Origin: Anthoceros angustus
Lineage: Eukaryota > Plantae > Anthocerotophyta
Reading direction: 5' to 3'
DNA: 64,000 nt
Assembly: GCA_010909165.1 (NCBI GenBank)
Contig: VJWM01000108.1
Location: forward strand, 930,001 to 994,000
Positions 28,801 through 40,566 of this stretch are shown piece after piece. The position numbers and the translations under genes are program-made. Every line of letters begins with the position of its first letter. Position 1 is the first letter of the stretch. A model generated the notes under the pieces. The model was not told the origin of the DNA. It made no database searches and saw only the letters and a program-made list of their open reading frames with translations.

Positions 28801-31800
28801 TCAGCTCCGACACTTGTGACATAAAGCCAACTTCCGTGTGCAATGATAATGAAGAATGCTTTGATAGGTTGAAGTTGGTATGGGTGGCTTACTCGATAAA
28901 TTGAAGCAATCTCTTGAACAACTCTACATTGCAAGGAATATGCAAGTTGCCTTTTGAAGAAAGCCAAACTCAGCCTCCGATAGTCTAATAAGGGCTGAAC
29001 AAGGCATGGTTGAGCTCGTCCAATGAAAGAGGAAACCTAATCCTTTCATCCCCACCTCCACAACTATGTACCCTTTCATAGGCTTCTTGCTTTCTTTTCC
29101 ATTGCTATCCTCATCACATGCATTACTTCTAAGACCCAAAGAACGGCTTTAGAAAGTTCATGGAGCTTTGTTTTGATTTCATTTTGAACTATCAATTTGG
29201 TTCTTTGCAAGAACAAGTGCTATTTTTTTGCAAGAACTGTATACTCACTTTATATGATATATCGCCTTTCCTACCATGATATACATATATATAGCATATT
29301 ATCTCAAGTGAGGAATCACTCTTTATGGTAGTCTTTCATACTAAGACATGCATGTATAGCATACTATCTTAGAAGTGTAACTACTTTTTATGATAGTCTT
29401 TTCCACCAAGACATACATATATAGCATACAAATATCTCCTTGGATCTTGACCTCACGTGATCTACCAAAATAGAAGGAAAATAAAATAAGAAATAAATAA
29501 TGTTAATTCTAGAATTTAAAGGATACCTTATGAATTGGGCCTTAATATGTCAAATATTTCAGCACTCTCACCCACTATTTCACCACTCTCACTCACTATG
29601 AAGTAGGGATGAAAATTAGCTACCTAAAGAGCCAAACGAGCCTAACTCCCACTAAGAAACTAGGTGCTTAAGAACATACTCCAACCTTAAGTTCATAAAG
29701 AAATGAATTAAGCTAGAGGAAAACATTTCCAAAAATATGTTTTTAAATACAAGGAAAACATGAATACGGAAATGCCTAGATAGCTCAATATGAGTATCCC
29801 GGAATATCAATTGCTTAAAATAAGCGGAATAATGTCGGATGGCCCATCTACCAACCGAAAACGGTGCATAGGGAAACTGTTGCAATCCATCTATGATAGG
29901 TGTTGGCTGGCTGATGCAAGCGTGGCCATGGCGCCTTGCAAATCGACCACGAGAGCACCTATATTGCAGGAGGCACGGCGGCTCGGTACTCTACACACCT
30001 CGGCGGTGGCGGCAATGGCGGCCTCCCTCCACCCACCTTGCACGTGTGTAGCCTTGATATTACAAATATAGTATTTTTAGCACCATAGGCACTTACGGAA
30101 AACGTGCTTGGTATGCCTCAAACGCTTCACATGGGACACATGCAATTCTCATCACATGGATACCTCTTCACACACGTAGCAACTGGGACGATGGCATTCT
30201 TGTCACCTACTCCTAGGGTAATTACATAAACCTTCTTTCATAATCACCCGGTGGGAGCAGCGGTTGTAGAACCCCAAATTGTTTCCAATAGGCTTGGCGT
30301 CACCACCTTCTCACACGTAGGCCAAGGTGTGTTTACTGAGCATCGCCTACACAAAACGATCATACATCGTTAGGCACATGCTTTTCAACCACATTAGAGA
30401 AAGAAGATAATCGCCTTAATACACTCAAGGAAATCAAATCGCCTATGTTACCTTTTTCTTTTTATCACCATTTTCTCCAACAATATTACCAAGCCCACAC
30501 ATTCCACATCATGTCATTAGATAAGGTCGGACCCTTCGTGGACACGCCACCGACCGAACCATTCATCGCCTATCCGGTTTTGCCTCATAGCCGATGAATC
30601 GAACGTCATGCATATCGATCCAACAACTTTTGTGTGCGGTGTGCAAAAAAGACATGAACTCGATATAGGCATCTTCACGAAAGTGGCAACACGGTGACCA
30701 AGGGGCACGGCCGCAAGGTGTGAGGCGCGCCGGTTCCAAGCGGCCGATGCACACTTGCACGCCTCAAGCATGTAGGCACGCCCTCAAGGATGCACGCGTC
30801 CACACGTATGCATGTGCGCCTTTTCACATTGAGTTTGGCTGCCGTTTCTTCATGCCATTCCATGGTTGCGATCTCTCGACAGGATTGCCTTTTGGATGAA
30901 GCCCTACACACGACATCAGCAGCAACATCTCTCGGATAGCAGCAACATTTTGGCGTCAGAAGCTTTGACCCACGGAGGCACTCAAGCACGAGGAAAAGGT
31001 TCATAAGTTCATTGTGCTTATCTCGCTTCTTTGGTCGCCTGCTTTGAAAAGGATCTAGAAGCTCTTACCACGCCGAGTGACTTGTGGAGTGAAGCGGGAT
31101 CTTGATTGACGCCACGCGATTCCGTTGGATAATGAGGATCGGAGTGGCGGCACGAGGAAATCGTTGAGCTTTGCCCTCGCGAAGTCCGAGTAGATGAGTC
31201 GAGCAGGCGGTGGTGTTATTGAGATCCTCCTCGGATCACACATTAGCGTGGACCGCGTCAAAGTCTTGGGTTTTAGCATCTTGCAATATGTGTCATTGAT
31301 GATACAGGATGTACCTCTACACTAGTACAAAAATCATGGCTCAAACCATGAAGAGAATCAAGGACTTGCTCAAAGGATCTTATGCATTGATTATAATAAT
31401 AGAAAGTACATAATATTTGTGTGAAGTAGGTGTGTTATAGGTTGTTGTAACCAAATAACCAATTAAGTAACTAATTAAATTACTTCTAGTCCTAAAAATT
31501 AAATAATTTTAATTTCTAAAAATATCAATATCATTCAACACCAAATCTGCAGACTTGGTATACTAAACAATGTGGCGGTCGCGTCTGCGATTTTCGAGCA
31601 TTCTCCCATCATTACGTGAGCCAACTACTAGGGACTACAACATTATGAAATAGGAATCTACTCAATAATTTTTTTGTCATCGGGTTCAGCTCCGACACTT
31701 GTGACATAAAGCCAACTTCCGTGTGCAATGATAATGAAGAATGCTTTGATAGGTTGAAGTTGGTATGGGTGGCTTACTCTGATAAATTGAAGCAATCTCT

Positions 31801-34800
31801 TGAACAACTCTACATTGCAAGGAATATGCAAGTTGCCTTTTGAAGAAAGCCAAACTCAGCCTCCGTATAGTCTAATAAGGGCTGAACAAGGCATGGTTGA
31901 GCTCGTCAATGAAAGAGGAAACCTAATCCTTTCATCCCCACCTCCACAACTATGTACCCTTTCATAGGCTTCTTGCTTTCTTTTCCATTGCTATCCTCAT
32001 CACATGCATTACTTCTAAGACCCAGAACGGCTTTAGAAAGTTCATGGAGCTTTGTTTTGATTTCATTTTGAACTATCAATTTGGTTCTTTGCAAGAACAA
32101 GTGCTATTTTTTTGCAAGAATCAGATACTCACTTTATATGATATATCGTCTTTTCCTACCATGATATACATATATATAGCATATTATCTCAAGTGAGGAA
32201 TCACTCTTTATGGTAGTCTTTCATACTAAGACATGCATGTATAGCATACTATCTTAGAAGTGTAACTACTTTTTATGATAGTCTTTTCCACCAAGACATA
32301 CATATATAGCATACAAATATCTCCTTGGATCTTGACCTCACGTGATCTACCAAAATAGAAGGAAAATAAAATAAGAAATAAATAATGTTAATTCTAGAAT
32401 TTAAAGGATACCTTATGAATTGGGCCTTAATATGTCAAATATTTCAGCACTCTCACCCACTATTTCACCACTCTCACTCACTATGAAGTAGGGATGAAAA
32501 TTAGCTACCTAAAGAGCCAAACGCAGAGCCTAACTCCCACTAAACAGGAAACTAGGTGCTTAAGAACATACTCCAACCTTAAGTTCATAAAGAAATGAAT
32601 TAAGCTAGAGGAAAACATTTCCAAAAATATGTTTTAAATACAAGGAAAACATGAATACGGAAATGCCTAGATAGCTCAATATGAGTATCCCGGAATATCA
32701 ATTGCTTAAAATAAGCGGAATAATGTCGGATGGCCCATCTACCAACCGAAAACGGGTGCATAGGAAACTGTTGCAATCCATCTATGATAGGTGTTGGCTG
32801 GCTGATGCAAGCGTGGCCATGGCGCCTGCAAATCGACCACGAGAGCACCTATATTGCGGGAGGCACGGCGGCTCTATCACACACCTCGGCTGGTGCAATG
32901 GCGGCCTCCCTCCACCCACCTTGCACTCCGTAGCCTTGATATTACAAATATAGTATTTTTAGCACCATAGGCACTTACGGAAAACGTGCTTGGTATGCCC
33001 TCGAACGCTTCACATGGGACACATGCAATTCTCATCACATGGATACCTCTTCACACACGTAGCAACTGGGACGATGGCATTCTTGTCACCTACTCCTAGG
33101 GTAATTACATAAACCTTCTTTCATAATCACCGGTGGGAGCAGGCCGGTTGTAGAACCCCAAATTGTTTCCAATAGGCTTGGCTCACCACCTTCTCACACG
33201 TAGGCCAAGGTGTGTTTACTGAGCATCGCCTACACAAAACGATCATACATCGTTAGGCACATGCTTTTCAACCACATTAGAGAAAGAAGATAATCGCCTT
33301 AATACACTCAAGGGAAATCAAATCGCCTATGTTACCTTTTTCTTTTTATCACCATTTTCTCCAACAATATTACCAAGCCCACACATTCCACATCATGTCA
33401 TTAGATAAGGTCGACCCTTCGTGGACACGCCACCGACCGAACCATTCATCGCCTATCCGCTTTGCCTCATAGCCGATGAATCGAACGTCATGCATATCGA
33501 TCCAACAACTTTTGTGTGCGAGCAGCAAAAAGACATGAACTCGATATAGGCATCTTCACGAAGTGGCAACACTGGTGACCAAGGGCACGGCCGCAAGGTG
33601 TGAGGCGCGCTTGCCCAGCAGCGGCCGATGCACACTTGCGCACGCCTCAAGCATGTAGGCACGCCCTCAAGGATGCACGCGCCCACACAGATGCATGTGC
33701 GCCTTTTCACATTGAGTTTGGCTGCTTTCTTCATGCCATTCCATGGTTGCGGCATCTCCGACAGATTGCCTTTTGGAAGCCCTACACACGACATCAACAG
33801 CAACATCTACGGATAGCAGCAACATTTTGGCGTCAGAGCTTTGACCCACGGAGGCACTCAAGCACGAGGAAAGCGGTTCATAAGTTCATTGTGCTTATCT
33901 CGCTTCTTTGGTCGCTCCGTTTGAAAAGGATCTAGAAGCTCTTACCACGCCGAGTGACTTGTGGAGTGAAGCGGGATCTTGATTGACGCCACGCGATTCC
34001 GCTGATCGGATAATGAGGATCGGAGTGGCGGCACGAGGAAATCGTTGAGCTTTGCCCTCGCGGTCCGAGTAGATGAGTCGAGCAGGCGGTGGTGTTATTG
34101 AGATCCTCCCTCGGATCACACATTAGCGTGGACCGCGTCAAAGTCTTGGGTTTTAGCATCTTGCAATATGTGTCATTGATGATACAGGATGTACCCTCTA
34201 CACTAGTACAAAAATCATGGCTCAAACCATGAAGAGAATCAAGGACTTGCTCAAAGGATCTTATGCATTGATTATAATAATAGAAAGTACATAATATTTG
34301 TGTGAAGTAGGTGTGTTATAGGTTGTTGTAACCAAATAACCAATTAAGTAACTAATTAAATTACTTCTAGTCCTAAAATTAAATAATTTTAATTTCTAAA
34401 ATATCAATATCATTCAACACCAACTGCAGACTTGGTATACTAAACAATGTGGCGGTCCGTGGTCTGCGATTTTCGAGCATTCTCCCATCATTACGTGAGC
34501 CAACTACTAGGGACTACAACATTATGAAATAGGAATCTACTCAATAATTTTTTTGTCATCGGGTTCAGCTCCGACACTTGTGACATAAAGCCAACTTCCG
34601 TGTGCAATGATAATGAAGAATGCTTTGATAGGTTGAAGTTGGTATGGGTGGCTTACTCACGATAAATTGAAGCAATCTCTTGAACAACTCTACATTGCAA
34701 GGAATATGAAAGTTGCCTTTTGAAGAAAGCCAAACTCAGCCTCAGATAGTCTAATAAGGGCTGAACAAGGCATGGTTGAGCTCGTCCAATGAAAGAGGAA

Positions 34801-36890
34801 ACCTAATCCTTTCATCCCCACCTCCACAACTATGTACCCTTTCATAGGCTTCTTGCTTTCTTTTCCATTGCTATCCTCATCACATGCATTACTTCTAAGA
34901 CCCAACGGCTTTAGAAAGTTCATGGAGCTTTGTTTTGATTTCATTTTGAACTATCAATTTGGTTTGCAAGAACAAGTGCTATTTTTTGCAAGAACTGTAT
35001 ACTCACTTTATATGATATATCGTCTTTTCCTACCATGATATACATATATATAGCATATTATCTCAAGTGAGGAATCACTCTTTATGGTAGTCTTTCATAC
35101 TAAGACATGCATGTATAGCATACTATCTTAGAAGTGTAACTACTTTTTATGATAGTCTTTTCCACCAAGACATACATATATAGCATACAAATATCTCCTT
35201 GGATCTTGACCTCACGTGATCTACCAAAATAGAAGGAAAATAAAATAAGAAATAAATAATGTTAATTCTAGAATTTAAAGGATACCTTATGAATTGGGCC
35301 TTAATATGTCAAATATTTCAGCACTCTCACCCACTATTTCACCACTCTCACTCACTATGAAGTAGGGATGAAAATTAGCTACCTAAAGAGCCAAACGACA
35401 GAGCCTAACTCCCACTAAACAGAAACTAGGTGCTTAAGAACATACTCCAACCTTAAGTTCATAAAGAAATGAATTAAGCTAGAGGAAAACATTTCCAAAA
35501 ATATGTTTTAAATACAAGGAAAACATGAATACGGAAATGCCTAGATAGCTCAATATGAGTATCCCGGAATATCAATTGCTTAAAATAAACGGAATAATGT
35601 CGGATGGCCCATCTACCAACCGAAAACGGGTGCATAGGGAAACTGTTGCAATCCATCTATGATAGGTGTTGGCTGGCTGATGCAAGCGTGGCCATGGCGC
35701 CTGCAAATCGACCACGAGAGCACCTATATTGCGAGGCACGGCGGCTCTCGGTACTCTACACACCTCGGCGCGGTGGCGGCAATGGCGGCCTCCCTCCACC
35801 CACCTTGCACTCCGTGTAGCCTTGATATTACAAATATAGTATTTTAGCACCATAGGCACTTACGGAAAACGTGCTTGGTATGCCCTCAAACGCTTCACAT
35901 GGGACACATGCAATTCTCATCACATGGATACCAGCCTCTTCACACACGTAGCAACTGGGACGATGGCATTCTTGTCACCTACTCCTAGGGAAATCACATA
36001 AACCTTCTTTCATAATCACCCGGTGGGAGCAGCTGTGGTTGTAGAACCCCAAATTGTTTCCAATAGGCTTGGCCACCACCTTCTCACACGTAGGCCAAGG
36101 TGTGTTTACGAGCATCGGCTACACAAAACGATCATACATCGTTAGGCACATGCTTTTCAACCACATTAGAGAAAGAAGATAATCGCCTTAATACACTCAA
36201 GGGAAATCAAATCGCCTATGTTACCTTTTTCTTTTTATCACCATTTTCTCCAACAATATTACCAAGCCCACACATTCCACATCATGTCATTAGATAAGGT
36301 CGACCCTTCGTGGACACGCCACCGACCGAACCATTCATCGCCTATCCGGTTTGCCTCATAACCGATGAATCGAACGAGCGTCATGCATATCGATCCAACA
36401 ACTTTTGTGTGCAGGTGTGCAAAAAAGACATGAACTCGATATAGGCATCTTCACGAAAGTGGCAACACTGGTGACCAAGGGGCACGGCCGCAGGTGTGAG
36501 GCGCGCCCAACAGCGGCCGATGCACACTTGCGAGCACGCTCTCAAGCATGTAGGCACGCCTCAAGGATGCACGCGCCCACATGTATGTGCGCCTTTTCAC
36601 ATTGAGTTTGGCTGCTTTTCATGCCATTCCATGGTTGCGGCATCTCCGACAGGATTGCCTTTTGACGGCCCTACACACGACATCAGCAGCAACATCTCGG
36701 ATAGCGAACATTTTGGCGTCATTTTGACCCACGAGGCACTCAAGCACGAGGAAAAGTTCATAAGTTCATTGTGCTTATCTCGCTTCTTTGGTCGCCTCCG
36801 CTTTGAAAAGGATCTAGAAGCTCTTACCACGCCGAGTGACTTGTGGAGTGAAGCAGATCTTGATTGACGCCACGCGATTCCGTTGATGGA
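10855..36890. repeat. Tandem array (macrosatellite) of a ~2.9 kb unit
   Basis: The marker gtagccttgatattac occurs at ~10855, 13737, 16626, 19545, 22424, 23557, 26418, 27148, 30048, 32930 and 35816. Periods are ~2860-2920 bp except for two truncated units (~1133 and ~730 bp). Confidence 0.95.
12940..13120. repeat. Three degenerate ~60 bp subrepeats inside each 2.9 kb unit (first-unit coordinates)
   Basis: The motif gtcttt(t)c(c)a..aagaca.a.at.tatagcata occurs three times per unit. Confidence 0.7.
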
Positions 36891-36954
36891 TAATGGGTTC
36901 GCCAAGAACCGTCAAGATGCCCTCAAATCTTGACATATTTCCCGATGGACTCTC

Positions 36955-37345
36955 AACACCGATCCTGCATGAACAAGACCCATCTAGGAACCGATGCACT
37001 GATGCGCGAATCCCTCACCACAATCTCTCGATTCTCAAGCCGTGACATGATTTTGGTGCCACTGCCGCAGCCATTGCACATGCGCAGTTCTGGTCACTAC
37101 CAAAGTTGTGCCATCCGTGTGCTCACCACTACACGACAAGGCGTTTCTGCATGCCCATACAACGCATCCTCCTTCTCGCCGACAAAGCCCTCAAGACTAA
37201 TTGCTTTGTGGCACATGGCCTCCTGCATCCTTCAACCCGAGTGCATACTTGTTAGCGTTCTCAAAATTGTCGCCTCTTCTCCCCTCATGAACTCGTGCAC
37301 CTGCTTCACTTCAATGCATGCCTTTGCAAGCTTCTTCACAAAGAC
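36955..37345 (-). pseudogene. DYW:KP deaminase-domain fragment, DRH-like type (copy 1, frameshifted)
   Basis: The minus strand reads KKLAKACIE..VHEF..EKEDALYGHAE..NxRMCNGCxSGTKIMSRLENREIVVRD..HRFLDGSCSC across several indels. No upstream PPR array is attached. Confidence 0.75.
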
Positions 37346-37699
37346 TGCTTTCTTCATGCCATTCCATGGTTGCGGCATCTCCGGGCAGATTGCCTTTTGA
37401 CGGCCCTACACACGACATCAGCAGCAACATCTCCGGATAGCAGCAACATTTTGGCGTCAGCCTTGACCACGGAGGCACTCAAGCACGAGGAAAAGCGGTT
37501 CATAAGTTCATTGTGCTTATCTCGCTTCTTTGGTCGTCTCCGCTTTGAAAAGGATCTAGAAGCTCTTACCACGCCGAGTGACTTGTGGAGTGAAGCAGGA
37601 TCTTGATTGACGCTACGCGATTCCGTTGACTGGATAATGGGTTCGCCAGCAGCTGTCGAAGATGCCCTCAAATCTTCTGACATATTTCCCGATGGACTC

Positions 37700-38095
37700 T
37701 CAACACCGATCCCTGCATGAACAAGACCCATCTAGGAACCGATGCACTCGATGCGAATCCCTCACCACAATCTCTCGATTCTCAAGCCGTGACATGATTT
37801 TGGTTACTCGCCGATCATTGCACATGCGCAGTTCTCGGTCACTACCAAAGTTGTGCCATCCGTGTGCTAGACCATACGACAAGGCCTCGCATCCTCCTTC
37901 TCCACCTTTAGACAAAGCCCTCAAGACTAATTCTGTTTGTGGCACATGGCCTCCTGCATCCTTCAACCCGGAGTGCATACTTGTTAGCGTTCTCAAAATT
38001 GTCAGCCCTCTTCTCCCCTACTGTGAACTCGTGCACCTCGTTCTTCACTTCAATGCATGCCTTTGCAAGCTTCTTCACAGCACCTGCTGCCTTTC
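37700..38095 (-). pseudogene. DYW:KP deaminase-domain fragment, DRH-like type ending DRC* (copy 2; HAE segment deleted)
   Basis: Reads RKAAGAVKKLAKACIEVK..GGHVPQTELVL..KIMSRLENREIVVRDSHRVHRFLDGSCSCRDRC*. The segment encoding LYGHAE that is present in copy 1 is missing. Confidence 0.75.
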
Positions 38096-38459
38096 TATGT
38101 ATCGTGGTGTGGAAGGAACGTAGAGACTTTACATTAAAAAAGCCTCAGGAAATCCCATCTACCTCGAGACAGTGACAAAGCAAAAGTCGTACGAGACTTG
38201 CACACGATGCTTTGCATAATTGAAGTGAGTAGAAATACAAACAAGACTGTCTTATGTCTTTCACGAAACGTCGCTAAAACCCTTTGCCTAATTTAGTGGG
38301 CTAGAGTTGCACTCTTTCACACTCCCACTCAGCTCTAGGCTCACTAAGGTTGCTTAAAGGACTCCTAAGTGACTTGACGATTGGATCTAATTCAGATTAG
38401 CTTCATCCACTCTCGCCACTTGGAAGCTCCCACTTAAGCTTGGAAAGTACTATTTTGTC

Positions 38460-38530
38460 GTTGACTTGGTGTAGTGGTTAGTTCTTCCATGCGAAAGATG
38501 GAGGTCGTGGGTTCGAATCCCGTTGGCGCG
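38460..38530 (+). promoter_or_regulatory. tRNA-derived segment with Pol III A box and B box (not a functional tRNA)
   Basis: A box TGGTGTAGTGG at 38467-38477. An anticodon-like hairpin TCCAT-gcgaaag-ATGGA follows, then a T arm GTGGG-TTCGAAT-CCCGT with B box GGTTCGAATCC at 38510-38520. The acceptor and D stems do not pair. Confidence 0.7.
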
Positions 38531-39037
38531 TTCTTCTGTGTTTTGCGAAAGGATGAAAGATAATAATAGGGTGTCAGGTCCAATCCTCGTCGCAGGCCAG
38601 TGTAATAGCCTACAGTGTCCACCTTACTGCCATACCTCTTTAAACTCAAGTGCAGTCTTCATTCTTATTCTCCAGATGTTATACTTAGTTCCGTTGGTTG
38701 GCGCGTTCTTCTGTGTTTTGCGAAAGGATGAAAGATAATAATAGGGTGTCGTCCAATCCTTGTCGCAGTGTAATAGCCATGTGTCCACCTTACTGCCATA
38801 CCTCTTTAAACTCAAGTGCAGTCTTCATTCTTATTCTCCAGATGTTATACTTAGTTCCGTTGGTTGGCGCGTTCTTCTGTGTTTTGCGAAAGGATGAAAG
38901 ATAATAATAGGGTGTCAGGTCCAATCCTTGTCGCAGGCCGGTGTAATAGCCTACAGTGTCCACCTTACTGCCATACCTCTTTAAACTCAAGTGCAGTCTT
39001 CATTCTTATTCTCCAGATGTTATACTTAGTTCCGTTG
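38522..39037. repeat. Three tandem copies of a ~175 bp unit
   Basis: gttggcgcgttcttctgtg...cttagttccgttg starts at ~38522, 38697 and 38863; the middle copy is ~9 bp shorter. Confidence 0.95.
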
Positions 39038-39809
39038 AATCGATCTCTAATCGACTCGATATGTTGTGTTAGTAGCCATTGCGAAGAAGTGTGTTAATAC
39101 CACCTTACTGTTGTGCGTGGGTGGGTTGAATTATGATTCTCACAAAGACCGGCCACAAGAACAACCTTCTAGGTATTTTAAGCTTCACATGAAGCCAATT
39201 CACCACCAATGACGTGACCTTCTCCGGGTGTGTCTTGTGGCTCCAAACGATGCTTAAGTTTTACCGCTTGAGTTTTCGTGGTGGAGGCGTCGGCTTCCAA
39301 CATTTAGGGTTTCCTCCCTCGGTTCGCAGCTCTCAAGCATAGAGATTACAAGATCAATCCTTTCATTGATCTCATTGAAACAATGAACCATTACTCTGGG
39401 ATTGATGTAAGGAGGCGCATCTCCTTGCCTGGGCAAGGTAAGGCCGTGTTGTTCCCGTGCTGCAATTTGGTTGTTAGGATTCTCCCAATGCGCATAATCG
39501 CCTTCTTTCACTAAGAATTTCAGAGACCCGCCCCGCCTGCTCCCTAGCACGGGGTACCCAATTTCGATGGGTAGTGACCCTCCCTTGATCACGCTGTGAA
39601 GGCACCCAATTCCTGTGAGAATTGTTATGGAATTGTTCCCTTGGCACCTGTGAAATGGGAGGGGCCACGCACCGTGCGCCTCTCCGTCTCCTATGCATTT
39701 TTTAAGTCAATTGGAGAAGCAGACAGCGCGCACGCGATGCGCAGCATCATAGGCATTGGCAGATCACGCATCCATAGATCATGGACATTCAGAGCCCATA
39801 CATCTGCCT

Positions 39810-39821
39810 GCTCTGATACCA
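39810..39821 (-). other. Primer binding site complementary to tRNA-iMet
   Basis: gctctgatacca is the reverse complement of TGGTATCAGAGC and is directly adjacent to the LTR. Confidence 0.9.
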
Positions 39822-40172
39822 AGTGACAAAGCAAAAGTCGTACGAGACTTGCACACGATGCTTTGCATAATTGAAGTGAGTAGAAATACAAACAAGACTG
39901 TCTTATGTCTTTCACGAAACGTCGCTAAAACCCTTTGCCTAATTTAGTGGGCTAGAGTTGCACTCTTTCACAGAGACGGAGGGAACAACCCTTTGGAGGA
40001 CACCAGGCCAAGGGGACTAGCCCGCCAGTCCCCGCGATCACCCATCCTGAAATTACCTACTGCTGCGAGGATGTCTCGGACCCCGTGATCGCCCATCCTG
40101 AGATCACCTTCTGCTCCGAGAATCACATGCAATCACAGCCACTGAGTATCAGTAGTTGCATAGTCAGTCTCC

Positions 40173-40395
40173 TTGGTCGGTCAGGTTATCTGGATGAGGC
40201 CCTCATGTACGAATGTGGCCGTGGGCTCGAAAGCTTTGCTGAGTGCTTGCAATAGCCACGGTGATGTAAAGCGTGGGCATCGATGCTTTGACCATCTTGT
40301 AGAGCTGGAACCAGAAAATTCAAGTGCGTATGTGTTGTTGGGTAGCATCTATGCTAAAGCAGGCTGGTGGGATGCTGTTGGTACAATAGAAAGAC
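40173..40395 (+). pseudogene. Isolated PPR S2/E1-E2 fragment
   Basis: Reads ALLSACNSHGDVKRGHRCFDHLVELEPENSSAYVLLGSIYAKAGWWDAVGTIE, preceded by LGRSGYLDEA in another frame. Confidence 0.8.
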
Positions 40396-40566
40396 AGAGT
40401 CTAGTTTTCTCCTGTCCCACTTCGTTTGAGCCTGTGCAGAATGATGGCCGAGCCATCCTTTTTTAAACATCCCTCGTTCCTTCATGGACTCCAGGATGCG
40501 GTGACTTGGGCTGCCATAAAAGAAGGGGTATTCCAAGCATAGCCTGGGGCAGAAGGTCCCCCCTCT

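Larger units (their letters stand above)
38171..39972 (-). mobile_element. Complete non-autonomous LTR retroelement (1802 bp, TRIM/LARD-like)
   Basis: Two identical 151 bp LTRs (38171-38321 and 39822-39972) are flanked by a 5 bp TSD GAGAC (38166-38170 and 39973-39977). On the minus strand there is a PBS TGGTATCAGAGC (39810-39821) and a PPT-like gagctgagtgggag (38322-38335). No gag or pol motifs were seen inside. Confidence 0.9.

Noticed and set aside
10855-36890. rDNA, 5S or snRNA tandem array
   Set aside because: No recognisable 18S, 5.8S, 25S, 5S or snRNA sequence was seen in the unit.
38460-38532. Functional tRNA-Phe(GAA) gene
   Set aside because: The acceptor and D stems do not pair and the anticodon loop lacks the conserved U33. 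It is kept only as a tRNA-derived promoter segment.
38522-39037. CRISPR-like array
   Set aside because: The units are contiguous 166-175 bp tandem copies with no unique spacers, and the context is eukaryotic with no cas genes.
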